In this document: positions 1-8,806 of the stretch, one piece after another | Position numbering within the stretch: the stretch's first letter is position 1 | Layout of the letters: each line of letters starts with the position of its first letter | Assembly: GCA_964645585.1 (NCBI GenBank) | Contig: CAZYAN010000012.1 | Location: 5,968-69,967 of the forward strand | Origin: an uncultured Opitutales bacterium | Lineage (GTDB): Bacteria; Verrucomicrobiota; Verrucomicrobiia; Opitutales; T3Sed10-336 | DNA length: 64,000 bases | Direction: 5' to 3' | The notes under the pieces: generated by a model | Databases searched by the model: none | What the model saw: the letters and a program-made list of their open reading frames with translations, nothing else | What the model was told of the DNA's origin: nothing | Position numbers and translations under genes: made by a program

Positions 1-276
1 GTGAATCGACATGGGAAAAATGGGCGGCGAGAAATTTCGCGAAGCTGGTTGTCGGGAAATCTTTTGGCTGTCGCGTATCCAGTTTGGCGATTTTTTCTCG
101 GCGAACCGGACGATTTTTTAAGCGAACCGGGCAAACCGGCGTGAAGTGAGGTGACCCTTTCCGGCTGACCATGCGCGGACGCTGCCGGCGACGACGGGCG
201 CTGGTTCCGCTGGTTTAAAATACTTCTCTCCCCTGTGGCTTTGGGTGTAACATCGGCGCATCAACCAAGATAAACC

Positions 277-1575
277 ATGTCCGCAAAGCCCGTATCCCGA
301 CGAAATTTTCTCAAAACCTCGGCCGTCGCGGCCGCCATCCCGTTTCTTCTTTCAGGACGTCTTCGCGGCGCGGACGTCTCGGCCAATGAACGGATTGCTG
401 TCGGCATAATCGGCGTCGGCAAGATGGGCGGGCTGCATCTCCGCCGGCTGCTCGAGAACGAATCGGTTCAGATTGTGGCGGTTTGCGACGTCGACACCGT
501 TCGCCGGGAGCATCATCGGGAAGCGGTCAACAGTCATTACGCGGCACAGGCCGGGCGGCAACGTTACGCGGGCTGCTCTTCGTATTCGGATTTCCGTGAC
601 CTGCTCGCGCGGGACGACATCGACGCGGTAGTCATTGCGACGCCGGATCACTGGCACGCGCTGATCGCGATCGCGGCGGCGCGCGCGGGGAAAGATATCT
701 ATTGCGAAAAGCCGCTTTGCCAATCGATCGAGGAGGCGCGGGCGATTGTGGAGGCGGTGCGAGCGGAGAATTGTGTTTTTCAAACCGGCAGTCAGCAGCG
801 TTCGACCGGACCGTTTCGCGAGGCGTGTGAACTGGTCCGGAACGGCGCGATTGGGGAAATCCGGCGGATCACGGTCGCGCTTCCGCCGGGCCTCGCCGTG
901 CCATGCGATCTGCCGGAGTCGGACCCGACGGCCGGGCTGGACTGGGACCTTTGGCTGGGACCGGCGCCGTTCCGCGGCTGGAATGAAGTTCTGAGTCCGG
1001 TCGGCGTCCATGACCATTATCCGGAATGGCGTCATTACCGGGAATATGGCGGCGGCATGATCACCGACTGGGGCGCCCATCACTTCGATATTGTGCAGTG
1101 GGCGATGGATCAGGACGAGAGCGGGCCGGTGGAGGTGATTCCGCCCGCGGTGCCCGGTTCGTCCTCGGGGGCGCGCTTTTATTACCGGAACGGGGTCGAG
1201 GTGACCCATCTGGAGGGGAACGGGATCACGTTTTTCGGGACGGATGGCGAAATTTTCGTCAACCGACGGACAATCGAAGTCAAGCCGGCGACGCTGGAGC
1301 GCGAGGCGTTTCTGGCGGAGGCGAAGATCCGGTTGCCCGCGACCGGGAGTCATGAGCGGAACTGGATCGATTGCATCCGGTCGCGGCGGAAGCCGGTGTG
1401 TCATGAGGAGATCGGTGCGCGGAGCGTGACGGTTTGCCACTTGGTGAATTTGGCGTACTGGCACAACGCGCGGTTCGGGTGGGATCCGCGGGCGAATCAG
1501 TTTTTAACCGGGAGCGGGAATCCGGACTGGCTTCGGGTGGAAAACGGTTATCGGGATCCGTGGAAACTGGCGTGA
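277..1575 (+). CDS. Gfo/Idh/MocA-family oxidoreductase with twin-arginine (Tat) signal
   Basis: 432-aa ORF. N-terminal 'SRRNFLKTSAVAAAIPF' Tat motif. Rossmann 'IAVGIIGVGKMGG'. 'DIYCEKPL' EKP motif typical of the family. Confidence 0.85.
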   Translation: MSAKPVSRRNFLKTSAVAAAIPFLLSGRLRGADVSANERIAVGIIGVGKMGGLHLRRLLENESVQIVAVCDVDTVRREHHREAVNSHYAAQAGRQRYAGCSSYSDFRDLLARDDIDAVVIATPDHWHALIAIAAARAGKDIYCEKPLCQSIEEARAIVEAVRAENCVFQTGSQQRSTGPFREACELVRNGAIGEIRRITVALPPGLAVPCDLPESDPTAGLDWDLWLGPAPFRGWNEVLSPVGVHDHYPEWRHYREYGGGMITDWGAHHFDIVQWAMDQDESGPVEVIPPAVPGSSSGARFYYRNGVEVTHLEGNGITFFGTDGEIFVNRRTIEVKPATLEREAFLAEAKIRLPATGSHERNWIDCIRSRRKPVCHEEIGARSVTVCHLVNLAYWHNARFGWDPRANQFLTGSGNPDWLRVENGYRDPWKLA

Positions 1576-1741
1576 ACGAAAGGGTCTTATTCGGGGTCGG
1601 GGCCCCGACCGAGGTCTTGGCGATCATGGGTTCTCTTCCCGGAGCCGCTTCGACCAATTTGGATAAACAATTGACATCATTTTGACAATCGTCTTTACCC
1701 TTGCGGGGATTTTTGGCGAAACCCTCGAAAACAAGAACCCT

Positions 1742-2623
1742 ATGAAAAGAAAACTTACGCAAGGCTTTCTCTCCGCGATGTTCGCGTTTTTCGTTTCCAG
1801 TGCCTCGGTTTCGGGCGCTCTGCTTTTGGATGAGTTCCTTGCGGGTGACGGAACGGGCGGCACGTATGTAATTGATCGGGTGGATAATCAGAGCGGGGGA
1901 TTCGGCTGGGCGCCGGGATCCTCGTGGCTGATGAATGGCTCCGGTATTCTGATGGATGTGACGGAAGGAAATTATGTTTCCGTCACGAGGAACATGGGTA
2001 ACACCACCGGATCCTCCCGCGGAATGCGGCGCGAGTTTGCCGATCCCGGAATCGCAAATTTTGAGATTCGGACGAGGATCGAGTTCGCGGACCTGGCCGG
2101 GTTCGATTTGTTGAATCCGGAGGGCGCTCCGAGCACGGGCGGCGGGGGAAATATCACGGACGACGACTATTTTGCCATCTCGCCGAGAGACACCGCCGGC
2201 GGCCTCGCGAGCACGATCCACTGGTATGTTGAGGCCGTGGGCGGTTTTTGGTACGCGATGCCGGGCAGCGGGAGCAGTTACGGCACGCCGATGCCGGTCG
2301 CGCCGCTGATCGAGGGGGAAACGTATGATTTGAGCATCCGGTTCTCCGGTGAAGACACGTGGGCCTTGTCCGTTTATCTGCACGGCGAGGATGAAACGTA
2401 TGAAACCGGCTGGCTGTCTTACATCAATCCGAATAACAACACGGACGACAACATGAGCCACTGGCTGCATTACCGGTTTTACAATCAGCCGCCGGAGAGC
2501 AATTACGATATTCGAATCCACGAGATTTCAATCATCCCGGAACCGTCGGCGTATGCGCTCGGTTTCGGCGGGATTGCGCTGCTTGTCGCGGCGGTTTGGC
2601 GCTGCCGGCGGAAAGCCGCCTGA
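1742..2623 (+). CDS. Secreted PEP-CTERM-anchored protein consisting only of the ~230-aa module shared with the next three large ORFs
   Basis: ATG at 1742 gives signal peptide 'MKRKLTQGFLSAMFAFFVSSASVSGA'. C-terminus 'IPEPSAYALGFGGIALLVAAVWRCRRKAA' is PEP motif + TM helix + basic tail. The body is near-identical to the C-terminal part of 3543..5462. Confidence 0.85.
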   Translation: MKRKLTQGFLSAMFAFFVSSASVSGALLLDEFLAGDGTGGTYVIDRVDNQSGGFGWAPGSSWLMNGSGILMDVTEGNYVSVTRNMGNTTGSSRGMRREFADPGIANFEIRTRIEFADLAGFDLLNPEGAPSTGGGGNITDDDYFAISPRDTAGGLASTIHWYVEAVGGFWYAMPGSGSSYGTPMPVAPLIEGETYDLSIRFSGEDTWALSVYLHGEDETYETGWLSYINPNNNTDDNMSHWLHYRFYNQPPESNYDIRIHEISIIPEPSAYALGFGGIALLVAAVWRCRRKAA

Positions 2624-2698
2624 CTTTGGCGGGTTCGGATCGCGGTGGAGGCGTTAAGAGCGTCATCCGCTGGTGAGCTTTCGGTATTTCCGGTGTTA

Positions 2699-2720
2699 CT
2701 CCGCTGTTGCGGAGTTTCGC
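2699..2720 (+). terminator. Possible rho-independent terminator
   Basis: CTCCGC-tgtt-GCGGAG hairpin (2699-2714) followed by a T-rich 'tttcgctgttctagtttt'. It lies downstream of the PEP-CTERM gene. Confidence 0.4.
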
Positions 2721-2744
2721 TGTTCTAGTTTTCAGTTAGGTTTC

Positions 2745-3518
2745 ATGCATATGAACGAAAGCAGACATTTTTTGAAAGGGAGTTCGAAGACCGCGTTCAC
2801 CCTCATTGAGCTGCTCACGGTGATCGCGATTATCGGGATTTTGGCGGCGATCTTGATTCCGGTTGTCGGAGCGGCGCGAGACAGTGCGCGCGCTTCGCGC
2901 TGCGTCGGCAATCTGCGGGATCTGACCCTGGCGCTGAATCTGTCCCTGGAGGAGAACGACGGCCGCTTTCACGTGCACAGTGCCAGCGGGGACGGTTCCG
3001 AGCAACTGCGGCACTGGGCGGACAAATTGGAATACGAAGGAATTTTGGACAATCGCGACGTCACGATCTGCCCCTCGGCGCACCCGTATGACTGGGACAC
3101 TATGCGCAGCACGCAGCCGGGACGGCGGAACTTCCGCGTTTACGGGATGAATATGATTACCAAGCGGTCGCCGATCGTGGAAACCCCGGACTACGAAAGG
3201 GCGGGATCGGTTTACGGCGGGGGCTTTTTGCTGAATTCGCATTTGGTCGAGGAGCACTCCCGTTACTTCGTTTTCGCCGACAGCGTTTTTCCCGGAACCT
3301 ACGATCCGGAGAATTCTCCCGGAATGGGAAGCCAGCGTTACCAGATTACCGACTGGCTGCCGACGAGCCAGAACGGGATTCAAACGCGCCACAACAATCG
3401 GGCGAATCTGGCTTTTCTGGACGGCAGTGTGCGGGCGATGAGTCCCCAAGATCTTCGGCAGCTCGGCTTTTTCGGGTATGTCGATGCCGATATGAACAAT
3501 CTTTTGACACCCAACTGA
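2745..3518 (+). CDS. Prepilin-type N-terminal cleavage/methylation protein with H-X9-DG motif (pseudopilin-like)
   Basis: '[26 protein letters not shown]' class-III signal/methylation motif. C-terminal '[13 protein letters not shown]' is H-X9-DG. ATG at 2745 is preferred over the 2673 ORF start. Confidence 0.85.
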   Translation: MHMNESRHFLKGSSKTAFTLIELLTVIAIIGILAAILIPVVGAARDSARASRCVGNLRDLTLALNLSLEENDGRFHVHSASGDGSEQLRHWADKLEYEGILDNRDVTICPSAHPYDWDTMRSTQPGRRNFRVYGMNMITKRSPIVETPDYERAGSVYGGGFLLNSHLVEEHSRYFVFADSVFPGTYDPENSPGMGSQRYQITDWLPTSQNGIQTRHNNRANLAFLDGSVRAMSPQDLRQLGFFGYVDADMNNLLTPN

Positions 3519-3542
3519 TCCAGGAATCTTGTCTGACTCTCC

Positions 3543-5462
3543 ATGATGAACGCAAAACTCCCTTTCTCCGTTCTGGCCTCGTCGATTTTGGTGCTGCTGA
3601 TTACCGCGCTTTCCGCGGGCGCGGTTTCCGTGACCACGGCCTTTGATGACGATCTTCCGGATCAGGTTTTGCTTTATGAAACCGATTTCAGCAGCAGCGC
3701 GGGCTGGGATCTGGGCAGCTCGGGCTATATGCTGAGCGGCCAGTTGGGGATTTTTACCGATCCTCCCGAGGGAGCCTGGCGGGGGGTCTACGCCCGATTT
3801 GCCAATGAGTCGATCGTTGGCGTGCCCGTGGAACTGGAGGTCGCCGAGGAAACGACCACCGTCGTGTATTTCAGCGAGCGTTTCGGCGGCACCGGCGAGC
3901 AGAATCAGACGACTTTTCGGCTTCAGGCGGTCGGGGACGGCGCGATGCCCAATCTGGGGGTGCGGATCGGGTCCGCCGAAGCGGAACCGATGCTCGGGAT
4001 TTCGGAGAGTGTGAATATTCTGGGCGAAGGCGATTTCCTTGCCGGTTTGCCGGACATTGCACTGAGCAGCCAGACCTTTTTGCATTACCGCCTCGTCCTG
4101 CACGTGGTTTCGGCGACCGAAACGCTCACGGTTCGTTTCGATCAATACGATCACGGATCAAGTTCGTGGAATGAGGTTGGATCGGTGGAAATTCCGGACT
4201 ACCGCGATCCCTCGCGACTCGGGAGCAGCCAGCTCGACCGCGTCAGCGTGCTCTTCCGAAGCGCGGGCGAGGCGGTGGGCGATCTCGCGATCACGCAAAC
4301 CGCGCCTCCGGGGCCGCCGCTTTTCGCGACGTGGCGGGAAAAGCATTTTACGGAGGCGGAACTCGCGGATGAATCGATCAGCGGGCCGTACGCCGATCCG
4401 GATGGCGACGGTCTTGCGAATCTTGTTGAATATGCGCTGGACGGAGATCCGCGGACGCCGGATTTGGACATCGCTCCCCGGCCGGGAATCTTTTCCGGCG
4501 ATGAAGGCGATTTCCTGACGCTCGGTTTCGTGCCGGCTACGCCGTTGCCGAGCGATCTCCAGTACATCGTCGAAACGTCCGGAGATCTGATCACCTGGGC
4601 TGAAGAGGCGGAACTATTCGGTTTTCTCTTCGACAGCTTCGAAGCGGGGGATGGGACTGGGGGCACGTATGAAACAGGTTCTCTGGACAACAAAACTGGC
4701 GGGTTTGGATGGGTGCCGGGATCTTCCTGGCTGATGAACGGCGCCGGGATCGGATTCAACGTGAATCCGAACCACTACGTTTCCATCAACAGGAATTTGT
4801 CGAACACGACCTCAAGCACCCGCGGTGCGCGGCGCGAGTATGCGGATCCGCTGATTTCGAATTACGAGATCCGCATCTGTGTTGAGCTGGCGGATCTGGC
4901 GGGAATCGACCTGCTGAATCCGGAGGGCGCCCCGAGCACGGGCGGCGGGGGAAATATCACGGATGACGACTATTTTGCGATCTCGCCGAGAAGCACCGCC
5001 GGCGGCCTCGGGAGCACGTTCCACTGGTATGTCGAGGCCGTGGGCGGCTTTTGGTACGCGATGCCGGGCAGCGGATCGTCTTACGGCACGCCTTTGCAAG
5101 TGGCGCCGCTGATTGAGGGAGAAACCTATGATCTGACGATCGCGTTTTCCGGCGAAAACACGTGGTCGCTGAAGGTCTATCTTCAGGATGCGGATGAAAC
5201 GTATGAGTCGGGCTGGCTTCCGTACATCAATCCGAACAATAACACCGACGAAAATCTGGCCCGCTGGGTTCATTTCCGGGTGCAGAATCGGCCGCCGGAG
5301 GTCAATTTTGATATCCGCTTGCACCATGTGTTTATCCCGGATCCATCCGATTCCGCCGATGCGCCGGAGGGCCTGGTGAGATTTCGTGACACGGTATCGA
5401 GCGAGGCAGAGGGGCGCCGGTTTATGAGGCTTCGGGTGGAACTGGACGAGCAAGGTTTGTGA
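3543..5462 (+). CDS. Secreted protein: unknown N-terminal region + DPDGDG Ca-loop-like motif + shared ~230-aa module + 'RRFMRLRVE' terminus
   Basis: Signal peptide 'MMNAKLPFSVLASSILVLLITALSAGA'. Motifs 'ADPDGDGLANLVEYALDGDP', 'YIVETSGDLITW' and 'GRRFMRLRVE'. Module at about nt 4632-5333. Confidence 0.85.
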   Translation: MMNAKLPFSVLASSILVLLITALSAGAVSVTTAFDDDLPDQVLLYETDFSSSAGWDLGSSGYMLSGQLGIFTDPPEGAWRGVYARFANESIVGVPVELEVAEETTTVVYFSERFGGTGEQNQTTFRLQAVGDGAMPNLGVRIGSAEAEPMLGISESVNILGEGDFLAGLPDIALSSQTFLHYRLVLHVVSATETLTVRFDQYDHGSSSWNEVGSVEIPDYRDPSRLGSSQLDRVSVLFRSAGEAVGDLAITQTAPPGPPLFATWREKHFTEAELADESISGPYADPDGDGLANLVEYALDGDPRTPDLDIAPRPGIFSGDEGDFLTLGFVPATPLPSDLQYIVETSGDLITWAEEAELFGFLFDSFEAGDGTGGTYETGSLDNKTGGFGWVPGSSWLMNGAGIGFNVNPNHYVSINRNLSNTTSSTRGARREYADPLISNYEIRICVELADLAGIDLLNPEGAPSTGGGGNITDDDYFAISPRSTAGGLGSTFHWYVEAVGGFWYAMPGSGSSYGTPLQVAPLIEGETYDLTIAFSGENTWSLKVYLQDADETYESGWLPYINPNNNTDENLARWVHFRVQNRPPEVNFDIRLHHVFIPDPSDSADAPEGLVRFRDTVSSEAEGRRFMRLRVELDEQGL

Positions 5463-5507
5463 GTCGCGCGAGAACCGGGTGACTCGGGTCCCGAAGGTTT
5501 GGCTTTC

Positions 5508-5536
5508 GGAAACGGGCTGCCCGTTTCCTCTTCTTT
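5508..5536 (+). terminator. Rho-independent terminator candidate
   Basis: Perfect 9-bp stem GGAAACGGG-ctg-CCCGTTTCC (5508-5528) followed by 'tcttcttt'. It starts 46 nt after the stop of 3543..5462. Confidence 0.6.
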
Positions 5537-5545
5537 AGAGTCTCT

Positions 5546-8500
5546 ATGAGTTTGAGCGGATTCGGGGGCCGCGCGTGTGCGGCGGGCCTTTTTCTTTCGG
5601 CGCTGTGCAGCGCGGGAAATTTGAGCGGCCAGGCGGGCGGCGGATTCGTGACGATTTCTCCGGGCGTCCGAATCGTGCTTCCAGCGAATTTGCCCGCTCC
5701 GGTCGTTCGGGCGACGGAGGATTTGCGGCGGGACTTGGCGAAGGTGCTCGGGGGAGAGTCGCCGGTGGCGGCGAAGGAAGGTTTCCCGTTTTCCGAAGAG
5801 ACGGCGCTGATCGTGGCCGGGCCGGAGACCGACTGGCCAGAGCTGGAGTTGTCGGATGAAGTGACCGGGCGGGAAGCGCACGCGGTGTACGTGAGGAAAA
5901 TCGGTGGAATGCCGCATGTCATTCTCCACGGGAGCGACATGCGCGGCATGATTTACGCGATCTACACCTTTTCGGAAGACGTGCTTGGCGTTCCTCCCTT
6001 GTGGCTTTGGGCTTCGTGGGAGCCGGAGGTGAGCGGATCCCTTGAACTGCCGGCTGATTTTCACCGCCATTTTCCCTCTCCGCAAGTTCGGTGGCGCGGC
6101 TGGTATCCGAATGGGCAAACGATGCTCAGTCCGTGGAGATCCCGTTCGCCGGAGCATCACGACGCGTACGCGGAAACGATGCTTCGTTTGAAGCTGAATC
6201 TCCTCGATACGCTTTCGATTCTCGACGGCGGATTTCGCGACCCGTACAAGCTGCACCCGAACGCCGACATGGCGAAACGTTACGGGCTCGTGCTGACGAC
6301 CACGCACACCGCGCCGCTTGGCGCCCATCCGGAGGAGACGCGCTGGAAGAATTTTTGGCGGCGGGTCAAGGAAACCGACCCGCCGCCGCGTTCGATTTAT
6401 GATCTCGAATCGCTGCGGACCTACTGGGCGTATCATATTGAAGCGGCGATGCATCACGGACTGGAGATGATCTGGCCGATCGGGTTCCGGGGATCGGGAG
6501 ACATTCCGTTTTGGGAGGATGCTTACGAGGATCCGGGGACGGATGAAGAGCGCGCGGCGGTGATCGAGAGAATGCTGACGGCCCAGGTGGAACTGCTGCG
6601 GACGCTGACCGGGGAGGAGGCGCCGGATATGCGGATCACGCTTTACAACGAGAAATCGGATTTCGTGGCGGCGGGGCTTCTCGACCTTCCTGATGAGCCG
6701 GGGCTGGTTTACAATTTCGTCGCGGCGCGCCGGGATCACTATCCGCCGCCCGATCTGCTCGGATTTGATTTCGAACCGCGGCATCTCGCGGGTTATTATT
6801 TCAATTACTCCTTCGTTTCAACCGGATCGTTCATTGCCCAGGGAGAGGGGCCGTGGAAAATGGAGTGGAACTTCCGGACGGCCGACGAGGCGAGTCCGAA
6901 CGGGCTCGTTCTAGCTGTCGTCAACGCCGGGAACATCCGGGAACATGTCATGGAGCTGGCCGCGAATGCGGCGATGATGCGGGATTTCGGCGCTTACGAC
7001 AGCGACGCGTTTCTCCTGAAGTTTTGCGAGACGTACTTTGGGGAAGAACAAGCGGAGGAGATCGCACGATTGTATCGAGATTTTTACGACGGCTATTGGG
7101 TACAGCGGGAACCGGATCTGGACGGCTTTGCGAGACAGTATCTGTTTCAAGACCTGCGGCTTCATCGGGCGATGCGGATTCTCATTCCCTTGCTGCGGTC
7201 GCGGACTCCCGATATGAATCCGTTTTGGGAAGGCGACTGGTTCCGGATCGATCCGGCGGCGAGCGGGACGGATAACGAAATCGCGGCGGTGATGGCCGGG
7301 ATGGAGAAGGCGATCGCCACGTTGGAATCCGTTGTGGAAAAGGCCGACGCGCTGCTGCCGGGAATCGATCCGTCGAAGCGGGCGTTTTTCAACGACAACC
7401 TCCGCGTTCAGGCGTATTTCCTGAAATACGCGAGCGAAGTCGTTTATCATTTGAGCCAGGCGATGCGGGCGCTGCACGATGGGGACGACCTTTGGCCGCC
7501 GGTCGATCGGGCGGACCGGGCGGCGGCGGCAATGATCGCCATACTTGCGGAGACCGAACACGGCATTTTTGACGACTGGTATGCCCCCGACACGCATTTC
7601 CACTTCCACGACCGGAAGGCCGAGATCGCGGAGCTTCTCGCGGGGATCGCGCCGGCCGGTTTCAACGATTTCTCGCGGTGGCAGCGAACGCATTTCACTG
7701 CGGAGCAGCTTTTGAAAGAAGAAGTGGGCGGGCCGCTTGCGGATCCGGATGGTGATGGCCTGGCGAATCTGCTCGAATATGCATTGGGCGGAAATCCGGG
7801 GGCACCCGATGCCGAAGTTTTATCGCGGTTTTCGGGCGCCGGCGCCGGGGAGAACCGGTTTTTGACGCTCGGTTTCACGCCTCCCGCGCCGCTCCCGGGA
7901 GATGTTCGCTACGTGGTGGAGACCTCGGACGATCTGGTCGGCTGGACTGCTGACGCTAAACAGCTGGCCGCTGTTCTGGACGATTTCCGAGCAGGTGGCG
8001 GAGGCGGCGCATCCTATTCGACCGGCGATATCAACGGCCAGCGGGGCGGCACGGGCTGGGCGGAAGGTTCCGAGTGGAGTCTTTCCGGATCCGGCGGGAA
8101 CCGGCGGCATATCGCGCCCGGAGGCTGGCTGGAGTTCAGCAAGTTCAACACCGCCCACGAAAACAATCTGATCAATCTCGCCCGCGAGTATCCGGCCGCG
8201 GCCGACGCTTCGCTCGAGATTCAGATCGAGGTCGAACTCGTCAACCTCGCCGGCATTCGTCTTCTCGAAGGCGGTCCGACCCGCTCGGGCGCGGATCACG
8301 CGACGGATCTTTTTGCGATTTTCGACGGAGGCGGGAGGAAAGGCGCGGTCGGGAGCGACGTCCCTTGGTACGTCGAGGCCGCGGGCGGTTTCTGGCACGC
8401 CTTGCCCGGCTCGGCGGGTGGCGGCAATTACGGGGAGCCTGTTCGCTTGGCGCCGCTAGTCGAAGGGGAAACGTATCGGATCACGGTGGCGATGCTCGAG

Positions 8501-8800
8501 GATGAGCGATGGGAGGTTACGATCCGGGTGATGAATTCTGGAGAAATTCACAAGTCAGGCCCGCTGCCTTTTATCGGCGAAAACCGGGGCGTGAAAAACT
8601 GGATCAACATCCGCGCCGGGTACTCTGACACGGCTGGAAGCGATTACGAGATTCGCCTTCACCGAATCGCGGTGGTCAAGCCGTTTGCCTTTGCGGACCG
8701 ACTGGCACCGGGAGAACCGGTGCTGTTTCGCGACAGATCTCCGATTCGCGACGGGGCACGGCGATTTATGCGCCTGCGTATTGAAAGGAATTCTTCTTAA
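5546..8800 (+). CDS. Secreted glycoside hydrolase, GH115-like (alpha-glucuronidase family) N-terminal part, with C-terminal shared module
   Basis: Signal peptide. 'HGSDMRGMIYAIYTFSEDVLGVPPLWLWASW' resembles the GH115 'GSDxRGxxYGxYxLSExxGVSPWxWW' block, followed by 'VRWRGWY'. C-terminal 'ADPDGDGLANLLEYALGGNP', module at about nt 7975-8690, and 'RRFMRLRIE'. Confidence 0.7.
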   Translation: MSLSGFGGRACAAGLFLSALCSAGNLSGQAGGGFVTISPGVRIVLPANLPAPVVRATEDLRRDLAKVLGGESPVAAKEGFPFSEETALIVAGPETDWPELELSDEVTGREAHAVYVRKIGGMPHVILHGSDMRGMIYAIYTFSEDVLGVPPLWLWASWEPEVSGSLELPADFHRHFPSPQVRWRGWYPNGQTMLSPWRSRSPEHHDAYAETMLRLKLNLLDTLSILDGGFRDPYKLHPNADMAKRYGLVLTTTHTAPLGAHPEETRWKNFWRRVKETDPPPRSIYDLESLRTYWAYHIEAAMHHGLEMIWPIGFRGSGDIPFWEDAYEDPGTDEERAAVIERMLTAQVELLRTLTGEEAPDMRITLYNEKSDFVAAGLLDLPDEPGLVYNFVAARRDHYPPPDLLGFDFEPRHLAGYYFNYSFVSTGSFIAQGEGPWKMEWNFRTADEASPNGLVLAVVNAGNIREHVMELAANAAMMRDFGAYDSDAFLLKFCETYFGEEQAEEIARLYRDFYDGYWVQREPDLDGFARQYLFQDLRLHRAMRILIPLLRSRTPDMNPFWEGDWFRIDPAASGTDNEIAAVMAGMEKAIATLESVVEKADALLPGIDPSKRAFFNDNLRVQAYFLKYASEVVYHLSQAMRALHDGDDLWPPVDRADRAAAAMIAILAETEHGIFDDWYAPDTHFHFHDRKAEIAELLAGIAPAGFNDFSRWQRTHFTAEQLLKEEVGGPLADPDGDGLANLLEYALGGNPGAPDAEVLSRFSGAGAGENRFLTLGFTPPAPLPGDVRYVVETSDDLVGWTADAKQLAAVLDDFRAGGGGGASYSTGDINGQRGGTGWAEGSEWSLSGSGGNRRHIAPGGWLEFSKFNTAHENNLINLAREYPAAADASLEIQIEVELVNLAGIRLLEGGPTRSGADHATDLFAIFDGGGRKGAVGSDVPWYVEAAGGFWHALPGSAGGGNYGEPVRLAPLVEGETYRITVAMLEDERWEVTIRVMNSGEIHKSGPLPFIGENRGVKNWINIRAGYSDTAGSDYEIRLHRIAVVKPFAFADRLAPGEPVLFRDRSPIRDGARRFMRLRIERNSS

Positions 8801-8806
8801 CGACGA

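Noticed and set aside
1595-1610. GC palindrome GGTCGGGG/CCCCGACC after the first gene, as a terminator.
   Set aside because: No loop-friendly centre beyond 4 nt and no downstream U-tract. This is too weak to call.
5270-6784. 504-aa minus-strand ORF. Similar long antisense ORFs occur at 352..1464, 1280..2521, 2736..4154, 9542..10609, 10616..11800, 19986..21161, 21876..22850, 47443..48528, 56919..57824, 59304..60149, 60298..61374 and 61468..62715.
   Set aside because: All lie opposite ORFs with clear homology-type motifs. All have Arg-rich, repetitive translations and poor third-position GC. They are classic GC-rich shadow ORFs.
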